A stretch of DNA of 63,998 nt, counting the filler, from Asterionella formosa (lineage: Eukaryota): assembly GCA_002256025.1 (NCBI GenBank). It is 17 parts of 17 records of this genome, joined end to end, with 100 filler letters (N's around TTAATTAATTAA, not from the genome) between each part and the next. Parts side by side here need not be neighbours in the genome. Positions count along the whole stretch, not along the records: positions 22,692 to 26,364 come from NKIB01013976.1; positions 26,465 to 30,136 come from NKIB01013977.1; positions 30,237 to 33,907 come from NKIB01013978.1; positions 34,008 to 37,673 come from NKIB01013979.1; 13 more parts are not named here. The stretch is one strand, 5' to 3'. The position numbers were made by a program, and so were the translations under genes. Within the stretch, counting starts at the first letter, position 1, and the number at the start of each line of letters is the position of its first letter. This document shows positions 25,701 through 37,077 of the stretch, one piece after another. The notes beneath the pieces were generated by a model, which made no database searches, was not told the DNA's origin, and worked only from the letters and a program-made list of their open reading frames with translations.

Positions 25701-26364
25701 TTAAGGAAAGGCCTCAAGAAATTTGGCCAGAAAGGAAGAGACGCTGCTTATAAGGAAATGAATCAACTACATGATAGAGTTGTGTTTGAACCGATTAGGA
25801 TTGAAGACCTAACCGATATCGAAAAGCGACGTGCAATGGAAAGTCTAATTTTTTTGGTTGAAAAGAGAGACAAGAGCATTGAAGGCAGAGCATGTGCCAA
25901 TGGCAGTTCGCAACGTGAATACATGGAAAGAGATGAAGCAGCTAGTCCAACTACCATGACTGAATCTGTTATGATAACAGCAACAATTGATGCGAAGCAA
26001 AATCGCGATGTTATGACTGCAGATGTACCCAATGCATTTGTGCAAGTGGATATCGATGAGAAAGAAAAAGGGGAACGAATCATTATGAAGATTAGAGGTT
26101 GACTTGTCAATATGTTGACAGAACTCAGCCCCGAGACTTATGAAAAATATGTTGTTTATGAAGGGAACAACAAGGTCCTAAATGTTAGGATGATCAAGGC
26201 ATTGTATGGCAAGTTACAGTCATCATTATTATATTACAAGAAATTTCGGAAGGATATTGAGTCAATTGGATTCAAGGTAATCCCATATGATCCATGTGTT
26301 GCAAATCGCATTGTTAATGGCAAACAGCACACAGTTACTTGGCACGTAGACGATTTGAAATCAA
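22736..26364 (+). mobile_element. Ty1/copia (CoDi-like) gag-pol with few lesions, 3'-truncated
   Basis: Gag (AYALLWERCNKAMK), protease (WILLDNQS), integrase (IHCDNEF, HVPEAEQNNRVIKER) and RT (TADVPNAFVQ, KALYG, YDPCVAN, WHVDDLK). Gag deletion near 23260; stops near 24420, 24600 and 26100. Confidence 0.97.
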
Positions 26365-26464
26365 NNNNNNNNNNNNNNNNNNNNNNNNNNNNNNNNNNNN
26401 NNNNNNNNTTAATTAATTAANNNNNNNNNNNNNNNNNNNNNNNNNNNNNNNNNNNNNNNNNNNN

Positions 26465-27294
26465 AGATATCAGTACGAGAAGATAATGAAGAGTTACATG
26501 ACGATTTTTACGACGAGTTCGAACCTCGAGAAGTGTCCGATAATGAAGATGAAGATGATGACAAGCAAGAATTGGGGAGGAAAACTGAACAGTCAACTAA
26601 GATAGATGGTACTACGAAATACGAGGTTACAGGTACCAATACCCCAATTGTGAAGGCTAAACGTGCGGAAAGTGCTCAGTCTAAACAAGCAAAGTTGGCA
26701 CGTGAAATGCGAAGATTGGACTCATCGTTCAATCCTACGAGTACGAAAATTGTGAAATTTTCAGGAGATACTGAGATGCCTGGTGTTATCGAGGAGGATA
26801 ACATGAAGGAACAGATTCATAAGAGATTGTCCGAACCAGTTCAGAGTGGAACGATGTTACAGCCTCTTGAGCGTGGCAATGGGGAGGATGTCAAGAATAT
26901 TAGCCCGAGTCACAAGGATTGTGGACTCGATTGTAATCGAACGAGTCGAATATTGCATTGCCACGTCAATCAGCTGTCTAACGAGATCAGAGATTGAAGA
27001 TTTCTATGGAAATGTTAAGTGGAAACTCGAAGAGAGTCTTAGAATGACTTTGCAGGAAGCAAAGATGCATGGAAAGGAAACATTTAGTTTAGCTTATAAT
27101 TTAATTTGAGATTTAGATTATCAACCGAGGAAACAGTGTGTTAATTGACAGGAAGGTCAATTAGTCTATCTAGCAGGAAGGCTAGAAGCAGAGACAAGAG
27201 AGAAAGTGAGTGGTACTAGGTAGTACTACGATCACGTAAGAGTCTACGTGAAGAGAGACCCAACCCGCGGGAAGGAGTACGGACCATTTCAACA
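26465..27294 (+). mobile_element. Internally deleted Copia 3' end with PPT and 3' LTR (26889-27294)
   Basis: Acidic linker with LAREMRRLDSSFNP. Polypurine GGGGAGGA is immediately followed by TGTCAAGA at 26889. Plausible LTR end TTTCAACA at 27294. Confidence 0.65.
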
Positions 27295-27325
27295 CCACCG
27301 CACCCAGCGGACCAATTGAAATTCT

Positions 27326-27457
27326 CCGGTACCTGGTACTGCTACCTAGTACCTGGTACCGGTACCAGGGTACCCTGGTACCAGGTACCAGGTACCAGGT
27401 ACCAGGTAGTAGTTTCCTGGCGGACAAGAACAACAAAGGTACCGGTACCTGGTACTT
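27326..27457. repeat. Palindromic GGTACC/TACCAGG microarray
   Basis: CCGGTACCTGGTAC...GGTACCAGGTACCAGGTACCAGGTACCAGGTA. Similar arrays at 18140-18340, 29210-29320 and 33613-33650. Confidence 0.9.
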
Positions 27458-27592
27458 ACCGCCTGTTCACCGCCCGGAATACCATATGTATTTATGTACG
27501 GTGGTATTAAGACAAAGCAAGCAAAGCGGTCAAGCAATGACACGCAACAAAATCCATTTGCTTGCCGAGGCACCATTGGTTTAGCTCGCGCC

Positions 27593-28867
27593 ATGGTCTC
27601 GTCCTCTGCCATCGCCATCCCCATGGCAATTGCGGCTGTTGCACTCTTTCAGCTGCCTCTCGATATAATCACGTCTGCTTTCTTTGGTCTTTTACTCGTC
27701 GAACAACTGTCTTTGTTAGCGCTCTTGTTTAGCACTACGTTCGTGGCTGTGGCTTTTGCCGTTGGTAGCTTCGCCTCCACCGACGAATCGGTGGCCACCC
27801 CTCATGAATACCCACTCGAAGCCATTTCTGCTGCCACCACGGAAACAGATCAATTCAAGGCTTCCTATGAAATGCTGCGCACCGAACTCTTGGTTCACAT
27901 GAAGAACAACGAAATGCTTCCTGAAGCTCTGCTTTGGGCCCAACAGATGATGGACTACAACGTGCCAGGCGGCAAGCTGAACCGAGGCACAACGGTTGTA
28001 AGCGTGCACCGTACGCTCAAGGGTGGCACTCTGACACCATTGGAAATTGCGCGAGCTTCCGTTCTCGGCTGGGCGATTGAATTTCTGCAAGCCTTCTTCT
28101 TGGTTGCCGACGATGTCATGGACGACAGTCAAACACGACGTGGGCAGCCGTGCTGGTACAAACAACCCAAGGTCAAGATGATTGCAATCAATGACTCATT
28201 CTTATTGGAAAGTTATGTATTTACCATGATTCATTCGCATTTTGGGCACACGTCCTATTATAATGACCTTGTGGCTCTCTTTCTGGATGTTATTCAGAAG
28301 ACGGAGTTTGGCCAACTCTTGGACCTCACCTCCCAAGAGATGGATGCTAAGGAGCCAGACTTGACTAGATTTACCCTTGAGCGCTACAAAAAGATCGTCA
28401 AGTACAAGACGGCATTTTACACGTTTTATCTGCCGGTTGCTATTGGCATGATAACGTCGGGTGTGCAATCAAAGGAAGCCTTTAATCTTGCTCGAGAAAT
28501 TTGTTGCGAAATGGGCGAGTACTTTCAAATTCAAGATGATTTTTTGGACTGCTTCGGTTCACCAGAAGTCATTGGAAAGGTGGGGACTGATATTCAAGAC
28601 AACAAATGTTCGTGGTTAGTTGTCCAGGCGTTGGCCAAGGCAACGCCAGCGCAGCTCAAGATTTTGGAACAAAATTATGGCAAGTGGGACGATAAGAAAG
28701 TAAAGAAAGTCAAGGCGTTGTACAAGGAAATGGGTATGGAAGAATTCTTTGCAGAGTATGAAGAAGCATCGTATGCTCGCATTCAGAAAATGTTGGATCA
28801 AGTCACCCTCATGCCTAAGAGTGTCTTTGAATTGTTGCTCAACAAGATTTACAAGCGATCCAAATGA
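27593..28867 (+). CDS. FPPS: Farnesyl diphosphate synthase with hydrophobic N-terminal extension
   Basis: GGKLNRG; FARM AFFLVADDVMDDS..RRGQPCWY with aromatic FF chain-length residues; GQLLDL; YKTAFYTF; SARM FQIQDDFLD; GKVGTDIQDNKCSW; C-terminal IYKRSK. The start may instead be 27494. Confidence 0.97.
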   Translation: MVSSSAIAIPMAIAAVALFQLPLDIITSAFFGLLLVEQLSLLALLFSTTFVAVAFAVGSFASTDESVATPHEYPLEAISAATTETDQFKASYEMLRTELLVHMKNNEMLPEALLWAQQMMDYNVPGGKLNRGTTVVSVHRTLKGGTLTPLEIARASVLGWAIEFLQAFFLVADDVMDDSQTRRGQPCWYKQPKVKMIAINDSFLLESYVFTMIHSHFGHTSYYNDLVALFLDVIQKTEFGQLLDLTSQEMDAKEPDLTRFTLERYKKIVKYKTAFYTFYLPVAIGMITSGVQSKEAFNLAREICCEMGEYFQIQDDFLDCFGSPEVIGKVGTDIQDNKCSWLVVQALAKATPAQLKILEQNYGKWDDKKVKKVKALYKEMGMEEFFAEYEEASYARIQKMLDQVTLMPKSVFELLLNKIYKRSK

Positions 28868-29111
28868 TTATGCGTGCCAGGAAGATAGAGCAGGCGGACA
28901 TGTTTAATTCCCCTTAACATATGGTCCCTATCATGTCAGTAAAAGGGTAGAATGCTACTAATTACTTTATAACTTACGAATGAGATTTCACATGATGGTT
29001 TGGCGTCCTCTAATAATGCACCCTCTGTGAATCCATACACACTTGATACAGTCTATGATGTAGGATTTTTTAAATAATATAAGGGTAGGCACAATTCTTC
29101 GTGCCGCTCTA

Positions 29112-29201
29112 CCAGCAAGTTGCTCAATTTGCTTATTTATATTAACATTTTAATCTGGGATAAAGATAGCTAAATCTTTAGCTTCAGAACGCAACTTGCG
29201 G
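29112..29201 (-). mobile_element. MITE family A copy
   Basis: TA-CCAGCAAGTTGC...TAATCTGGGATAAAGATAGCTAAATC...CGCAACTTGCGG. Confidence 0.8.
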
Positions 29202-29342
29202 CACTCCGAGTAGTACCTGGAAGTAACAAAAGGTAGCACCAGGTACCAGCAAAGTTACCGCAACTTGCAGGGTACCTGGTACACTGGTATCGTACCTGGT
29301 AGTCGTATCGTACCTGGTAGTCTACAAGTCATGAACATATCG

Positions 29343-29432
29343 GCAAGTTGCGGTAATTTTGCTGAAACTAAAGATTTAGCTATCTTTATCCCAGATTAAA
29401 ATGTTAGTTTAAGCAAAATTACCGCAACTTGC
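29343..29432 (+). mobile_element. MITE family A copy with perfect 21-bp TIR
   Basis: GCAAGTTGCGGTAATTTTGCT ... AGCAAAATTACCGCAACTTGC, followed by GGTA. Confidence 0.9.
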
Positions 29433-29659
29433 GGTATCCTCTGGTACGGGAATTCGCTTGGTATTCTTCATCGTTGCTTTACCGCGACCACTTAGAATAC
29501 CGTTATCATGTAGATAAAAAATTTGTCCCAATACATAGGACCGGTACACTACCGGTCCTTTATTAGTATCATCATATGTATGGTGAAAACTTGTTCCTGG
29601 TCGCTTCCTTTTGCGTCGTTGCTTTACAATATACACTATATTGGGAGTCAACCAGGTAC

Positions 29660-29720
29660 CACTTAAAAACTGTAAGCCACCGCTACGGCGACTTTTGAAC
29701 TGTAAGCCACCGCTAAACGG
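29660..29720 (+). mobile_element. Possible pogo-like transposon end
   Basis: TA-CC start, then AACTGTAAGCCACCGCTA repeated twice, like the duplicated binding sites in pogo-type ends. No second end in the contig. Confidence 0.4.
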
Positions 29721-30501
29721 AGTAAACGCACGGTTTGAACTTAGTTTACAAGATACGCTATTTATTGTCACGAACGAGTTGTTCAGATTTATATAGCGAG
29801 TAAATACTTCCGTACTTGTATTGTTGCATTGTGTACATTGTTAATTAGGTATTATCGCCCAAAGGTTGCTGTCGACGTGAAATTGCGAAAATTGGATATT
29901 TTCACGTTTACTCGATTGAGCAAGCATCACCTTTTATATACGTATTCAGGTATGAGAATATTCCTCCTCTGGAAAACTAATTTAGTATCCTCTAAAATTT
30001 ATTTAATATGACTACGACGGCATTGCGCTTTCGCTCGTGCGCCATAATAAAGAGATAATTTCATTAATGGAAAACGTCAAATAGGAATTCCTGGTGCGCC
30101 CGAATTATGAGTACAAAAATTAAATGCAAACACACANNNNNNNNNNNNNNNNNNNNNNNNNNNNNNNNNNNNNNNNNNNNTTAATTAATTAANNNNNNNN
30201 NNNNNNNNNNNNNNNNNNNNNNNNNNNNNNNNNNNNGTGTCCTTATTGTCGCCCTCCACAATCAAGCTTGTAAACACAAACCGTACTCATGTGGTTACAT
30301 GGTTACCGTATACTTCATTGTCTTGGACCCCCCAATGTACACTGCTGCCGTGACTGAATTTGACTGATTTTACTTAAGGGGGTCCAGGACAATGAAGAGA
30401 TTTCCCTTATACTAGTCCTAAGTTAATTTTATTAGTTCTACAGGATGGCGCGCATTTTTCTAATATTTATTAATATGATCACTGTTTCCGAAAAGTAAAA
30501 A

Positions 30502-31705
30502 ATGAGAAAGTTCTTCACCTTGCAAGAAAAGCGCGACATTGTGGACGATGAAGCATGGGAACTCCCCGGCATCATCAAGGCTGTTGCATGTATGTATGGC
30601 ATCGGCGCCAGCAATATTTGGCACTAGAAAGCTAACTTTCATGATTTCGACAATCGTTATTCTGATGTAGAAGGTTTATTGTCGGATTACTAGGGGCGTC
30701 TCCTACTGAAAAAAGAAACTTTTCATTTAGGCAAGTTGTGTAGCAATAGTGCAACTGAATTTGCGGCGATTCGTCTCTTGTATGATCAGCTTCGTGGTGA
30801 TGATCGCGCTTGTTCGATCATGTTGCTTGCTGCTGAGCTGAAGCGCTTGTTGGGACATGTTGTTAGCTTGAGTGTTATTCAACAGCGTGTAGCTTGCTTG
30901 TTGGTGCACATCCCAAAACATCGTGTATCGTTGTATCACCCACAAGGCACAAAACACGCGCTATGTCCTGAGCGTCATGCAGGAGTATTTCCAGTACATA
31001 AACGCACAGTTTCTTGAAGGGTCATATCAACGCGCTAGTATCGTAAAAATAGATGAGACAAACGTTTATTTCGATATGGCACCAGGCGGGCTCACGATGG
31101 CTGATAAAGGTGTGAAAACCATCAGTTTACGCACCAATGGCAGCAGCATGCGTTGCACAGTGTTGTTGGGTGTTACCATGTCAGGAGGAGAGAAGCTTGC
31201 TCCTCTTGTTGTTTTCAAAGGAGCACCTGATGCCAGGATCCAGTAAGAATTTAACAATCAACAGTTTGCTTATCCCCCACAGATGGTTTATTGTTGTCAG
31301 GCAAAGGCGTGGGTCGATGAGTCGGTGTTTGCGCTTTGGATTCGGGGAGTCTGGAAACCATGGAAAATCAGCCATGATTCTCAACCAAGCTATCTCCTGA
31401 TGGATGAGTCCCAGGTGCATTTGATGGCGACGAGTCTCAATGCAATTAAGGATTGTGTCACTGCTGTGGACTTCATTTGTGGTTGCTGCACATCAAAACT
31501 TCAAGTTTTGGACGTTGGAGTAAACAAGCCCTTTAAGGGTTTTGTTAGGAATGCCTATGAGGACTGGATGGTCACCCATCCTCATGGTACAAAGGTGAAG
31601 CGACATGATGTCGCTCCTCAGTGGGTTTGGACAGCTTGGCTGAGGGTGTCACAATCAACAATTTTGAACACTTGCAATGCGGTTGGTTACATTACAAGGG
31701 ATTGA
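30502..31705 (+). pseudogene. pogo-type DD35D transposase (HTH plus DDE_1), decayed
   Basis: N-terminal HTH (FTLQEKRDIV...YGIGASNI). Catalytic motifs IDETNVYFDM, LLMDESQVH and LQVLDVGVNKPFK, with 35 residues between the last two Asp. Stops and frameshifts present. Confidence 0.93.
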
Positions 31706-32007
31706 TGACTCTATTTTATTCATAAAGTGTAGCATGTGACTTGAAATATAACTTTATAGTCTGTTTAAGCATGCTCTATTGTTATATTATTGATTTGTGG
31801 AAGCAATTCCATAGCGTTAATGTTAGACAGCTTCAGTCGTAATTTACGATTCGATTTTTCGTGTTGAAGCTAGTAGAACTGCAGTTGACGTGAATCACTA
31901 TAAATGCTAAAGGAAATGACTCAAGAGTCTATTACTGTTCTACAATATTATAATAAATAGTATAGAATGCATTTCGATTTCGTTATTGAGGACTGCTACA
32001 ATCAAAT

Positions 32008-32425
32008 CTACTCCCGGCCTTGAATATCCTTCATCAAGCGGAATGAAGCCATTCCGGCATTCCTCTTCCTCTTCTTTCTCCTCATCATAGAATTTTCATT
32101 GTCATCATACAGTTCTAGCACCTGCGCAAACTTGTTGATGTACTTGCTCTGTTGTGAAGGCAATGCTGCAACTTCTCTGCCCAGAAACCCAACAGTGCAA
32201 AGTTCCGTGCCGTCCTTGATGAGGACCACACTTGATCATCTCCAATGGCTTGCCCAATACACCCTCCACAACAGCCAGCTTGAACCTGATCACATCATCA
32301 GCCTTAACCGCTTTCCCGGCGCAGCATTCATGTTGCTCACATGAGCGCCCATTGCTGGAAGCATTCAGTCCAAGCAACTCCCCATCTCGGCGGCTGTTGA
32401 TTGTTGCTGATCTTGTTGTTGACAT
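32008..32425 (-). pseudogene. Passenger ORF in the pogo element: predicted HIRAN-like domain with CxxHxCC insert (one frameshift near 32230)
   Basis: Joined frames read DGELLGLNASSNGRSCEQHECCAGKAVKADDVIRF...EMIK/VVLIKDGTELCTVGFLGRE...KFAQVLELYD...RNAGMASFRL. A homologue lies at 40013-40785. The fold call is inference. Confidence 0.7.
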
Positions 32426-33645
32426 GATAAATATGTAGTAGTATGCATTGGTAGTACCGATATTACCGGTAGTTTATAATGGTAGTAGTGTCATTCAATT
32501 TCCGCCACAAAAATCAGAATTATATCATGTTACTTTGTCTATGTCTAGAAAATTATTGGGTGTTTGGTGCAACCTCGAAAAAAATGTACAGGGGGGTCCA
32601 GCAACCTCAGGGGGTCCAGGACAATGAAGTATATGGTAGATTGCTGACCTGTATATATGATGTACTAGTACGCACAGGCAAATATTCACAATGTTCAGAC
32701 TTTCCCGGAACTCCCTGTAGCTACCAGTACGTGGTTTGTAAGGCTGAAGTAGCCAGTTATGTGGTACTCCCTCTGCTGGTCTCTGGTTGAAAATAGTTTT
32801 TGGCGATTCTTAAATCTTCTCTGGGGTCCCCATTTTGACTCCAACAATTTTATCTTGAAAGGTCCATTTACACACACCTTTCAGTTTCGACTATCTCCCT
32901 ATGTATGCTTTGCGCCATGCCTGCCAGAATAGATAGGCTGGCTTTGTTCAATTCCAAACTCGTCTCTTCAGTAACTTTCTATGCCATTAAATTATCATTC
33001 ACAAAATCGATTTCAAGATTTTGTTCTGCAATATCCAAAATGTGTTCACATACTCTTATTCAGCAACTGGAAAATGGTTTGGTTATCCAGTTTGCCAATC
33101 AGTACCTTGTATATAACGTTGTCAACTACTGCTTTCTACATAGTCATTTGTCAGCAAATTTCTAGTTGTATGAATTCACCAAATAGATCAGTAATGGTAA
33201 ACAATTGAGCCATTTTGAAAATGTCAATGGTCCACTAATTGACATAGCCTATTGTTTAACAGCAAAGCAAAGAAAATCTTGTTCGACCCACTGGTACTAG
33301 CTATCATGGGTGGACTGACGGCATTCTTGTAATAAAAGTCATGCAGACAATAAATGAACCTTCTGCTCTAGACAAATGCATGAGGTACTATGAGTGGGAT
33401 ACATATTTTATGTACCCAAGCCATTCACAGGCGAGAAGGGGCTTGAGTGGGGAATATCATCTGACATCAGACTTGCTGATGATGGCATGACTCTACTCTT
33501 CTTTGAGTAATATTACTCATCCACAAAGTTTTCGAGTTTTCTGGTTCTCTGAGTCAGGGAGTAAAGATTGCAAACCAAATGCTAGGGCCAGAGTGGGATA
33601 CAACTATGAACCTACTGGTACCTGGTACCTGGTACCCGGGCAGTA

Positions 33646-33721
33646 CCCGAGCAAGTGCCGGTCATTTTGCTTTTATAAACAATCTAATATGGGATAAAGA
33701 TAGCTAACTGTTTAGCTTCAG
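33646..33721 (-). mobile_element. MITE family A partial copy
   Basis: TA-CCCGAGCAAGTGCCGGTCATTTTGCT...ATGGGATAAAGATAGCTAA. Confidence 0.75.
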
Positions 33722-34157
33722 GTTCCTGCATTTGAACCCCTATGCAAAAATTAAAATATTGCTTAGGGTTGCCGAAATTCCCTGGAACTAAGAACTTTTA
33801 TGCGCTAATTTTGAATATCGATGATTCCGTTTGAAATATTTAAATCAGTGGAAATTTGCGCGTGCGTATATAGATTCCTTCTCATATACCCTGAAATACA
33901 CATACTANNNNNNNNNNNNNNNNNNNNNNNNNNNNNNNNNNNNNNNNNNNNTTAATTAATTAANNNNNNNNNNNNNNNNNNNNNNNNNNNNNNNNNNNNN
34001 NNNNNNNTTGAATAAGGTGCACGAATCCAGAAGAAATTACAGTCTACCAATTTAATGTGAGGATTGACGTTATAACGTTCATACATATAGCTAGCTAATA
34101 TATATATTAAAAGAAATAACTAGTACTGCTGTGTTGTGTGCATGCATATCTCGAATC

Positions 34158-37077
34158 TCAAAATGAGAAAAAAGATGGCCAAGTATGCTGAGGTTTAACT
34201 TGTAATACTGACCCAGGTATTCCTCCAATATTAGGGACAACAACAGCAGGAGCAGAAATACAATCGACTGTAACAAACATGAGCTGTTTTCTCTTTCCTG
34301 ATTCATAACCCATCAGGTGAGCTATCTCAAACATTTTAGAACAACGACTATTAAATATACTCTCACTTGGATCCTTACATGAGTTCACAATCGCAAAGAT
34401 TCCAGTTGTTTCGTTTCGGAGTGATGCACACAATCATGGATCGGTAAAATCAAATTCAGGCCCAAGCAATACAAAACCAAAGATTTTCCCCAACACTATG
34501 TAAGGTATACCACTTTCCTCATCTATCCATTTGAAGTCGGCCCAATCATACCAAGACCCCTGTCCCAAATAATTGGGATGGGCATGGAAATTATTTCCAT
34601 CTCGTTTGTGTTCACACAGGACCTCAATTGACTTTTTGGTTGTGAAGGGAAGCACTTCCTTTCCTAGAAATCGAATTAAATCAAGGTCAACTCCTGATGT
34701 CTTTATAGTTGCCGAATTGGAAGTGACAGAGGCAATAGCTAATTCACCATTATTTTCCTGTAACTTTAAGATAAAGCGTGCACCACCTGCAGATGTGCTT
34801 AAACTGTCAGTCCAAGTGCTTGGTGTTTCATTAGCAGTACCATCATTGGCAAGCGAATCTGTATCGTCATGTTCAAAAGGATCTCTCCCAAAAATTCCCG
34901 ACATGCAACACCTATGGCAATGTTTTCGATAATTCGTTGTCCAGATTGAAGGTCCATTAGCTAGGTGATGTCGTTTTTGAGATGTTTTAGCTGGTAACTT
35001 GCAAAGGAATTTCAAATTCTTTTCCATTGGTCCCCCATTGAAAACTTGCGGACTGGTGCCAAACCGTTCGAAATTTCGGACAGTATGCATCTGCTGATGA
35101 AACTTTGTCATTTTCCAGCCTTGCTCTGTCGTTTCTATTGGGAGAATCTTGACTAATTTTGTGTAGTACTTGACAATGGATTGACAATCTATTCCCATCA
35201 ATCGATGTACTTCATAACTTTCTTGGCTGAACCAGGAATTATAACAAACCATGCTCTCGAAAATCATTTGAATGTCTTTATATCCTGCATTGACATTCCA
35301 ACCTCGTCCTTGCAAAGCTTGATTCCGGCGTCTGTAGCCAACCAAACACGCAACAAGCATTAACCCAACGGTTTCATTTCCTGTTATCTTTGGACAAAAT
35401 CCATGCAATCCACCATGAAAATTGCACATTGGCCTATCCCGATCGCTTTGATGTTGCATCATCTTTGACGCTTTTATGAATAATGTATCAAAAGTGGTTC
35501 TATTTTTCAACCCCTGAGCAGACGAGGTAAAAGTGCCGAACTTTATCGAGAACAGAAGAATGAGATAACGCATCATTCCCTCATGTATTGAGTGCTACTT
35601 TTTAGGAGGGAAATGGCCATTGATTCCTAATGGATCTCCACCTAAATCCAACGCATACCAGCAAGGTGTGATAAAACTTTGTGACACAGCATCCATTAGC
35701 GTTTTGTCGTTCATTCCTAATAGGGCAGCATACCCCACTTGTCCTACTGGAGAGCATTTGATTGATAGTTTATCTAAACTGTTGTATGAACAATCACATT
35801 CCCGACAGAGACGAAAAGTTTTCAGGTAGTAATATTTAATCCTCCCCACACTGATTGTCCAATCCTTCCGCATCGCCAAGCACCAACCCGACCAGTACTT
35901 TTACAAACAGGCTTTGCTGTTTGCCATGGAAATTGAAATTATACTTGAAGCCACCAGATTTCTGAGGTCTCTTGAACTCCCGACAATATAATTGCCAAAA
36001 TTGTATGATAATCCTTGCACTTATCGTCGGCAGTCATATTTTTGTTCATTGCAAGACTCTGACCATCAAGTTTTGGTATAAGACCAAGGGGGCGCCAAGC
36101 AATGACTTTGTTCCTTACGTTGTACGGAAAATCCAAAGAGAAAACAAAACTGGCTCTATGGTGAATTTAGAATTCTCTACAGTATATGTTCTATCAATGA
36201 AAAACATGAGAGAGACGAGAAAATCATTGGGTTGAATGCACAGGCAGTTGTGAGCGTCAATCCACCAACTTCCGGTGTGTAATTCTGAACGGACATCAGA
36301 CGGTTGTGGAGCCTTGCAGGGATCAGAAAAACCAAATGAAACATTATTTGGATGCATTAATCTGGGATTGGAAAGTAAGCTCTTGATTGCAACAAGAAAA
36401 TCAAAGCAAACAGCGTGGACACTTCTACCACAGTGGAGGGTGACTGCCTTAACACATGGCTTTTTGTCTTCCATCTCAAACCGGGTAAACAGATCTTTCA
36501 GATATGTGTTTCGACGTTAAGGCATAGCTTCTAAACTCGTCATTCCTGCCATTTGAGAAGAGACATGCCATTTAAGAATTGCATCATAAAGATATAATGG
36601 TGACCTACTACCAAGTAAAATGCTAAGTAGCTCCGTTTTTACCACATCCTTTTGTGTGTAGGCTGTACCTGGATCTTCTTGGCAAAATCGGAAGTTTGTA
36701 GGGTTTACAACTTCGTTTATTTCTCCGTTCTGAATGATTGGACTGTTAATAGAAGCAGCATCATGATCTACTAAACTATCAAGGAATAAACCATTATCAT
36801 TCTAGTCATCGGCATCAAAACAAACTGTTTGAACGAAATCAATTGCTGGCTGGTGGCGATGTTTTCAGGAATTTGAGAGGGGGTCTTGAGAGTGGTGTCG
36901 TCCATCTCTTGGCGAAGTCGCTACCATTGATGATGTATGCGATGCTTGAATCTGAGATTGAATCATATATTGTTGCCCACACGAGGGGCTGTGTCTGTGA
37001 TGATCACGAATTGATTTAAAAGGACCTTTAACACAAAATTGACATTTGTCCTCGTCGTTATTGTCACACAGATCCAT
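34158..37077 (-). pseudogene. Plavaka-like (CMC/EnSpm-related) transposase, decayed
   Basis: N-terminal CQFC...HHRH..C finger; FDF...SLLSNP.LM; SELHTGSWW; FFIDRT...IEPVLFSL; AWRPLGLIP; DYH.IL; LCRECDC; KFHQQMH....ERFG...GGPME...K.PAK.SQKR; FHAHPNY...WYDWA. Confidence 0.8.

Larger units (their letters stand above)
30306..32636 (+). mobile_element. Full-length (2331 bp) pogo-like DNA transposon with two convergent ORFs
   Basis: TIR CCGTATACTTCATTGTCTTGGACCCCC versus GGGGGTCCAGGACAATGAAGTATATGG (2 mismatches in 27 bp). TA on both sides (30304-30305, 32637-32638). Extra inverted TIR copy at 30378-30397. Confidence 0.93.
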
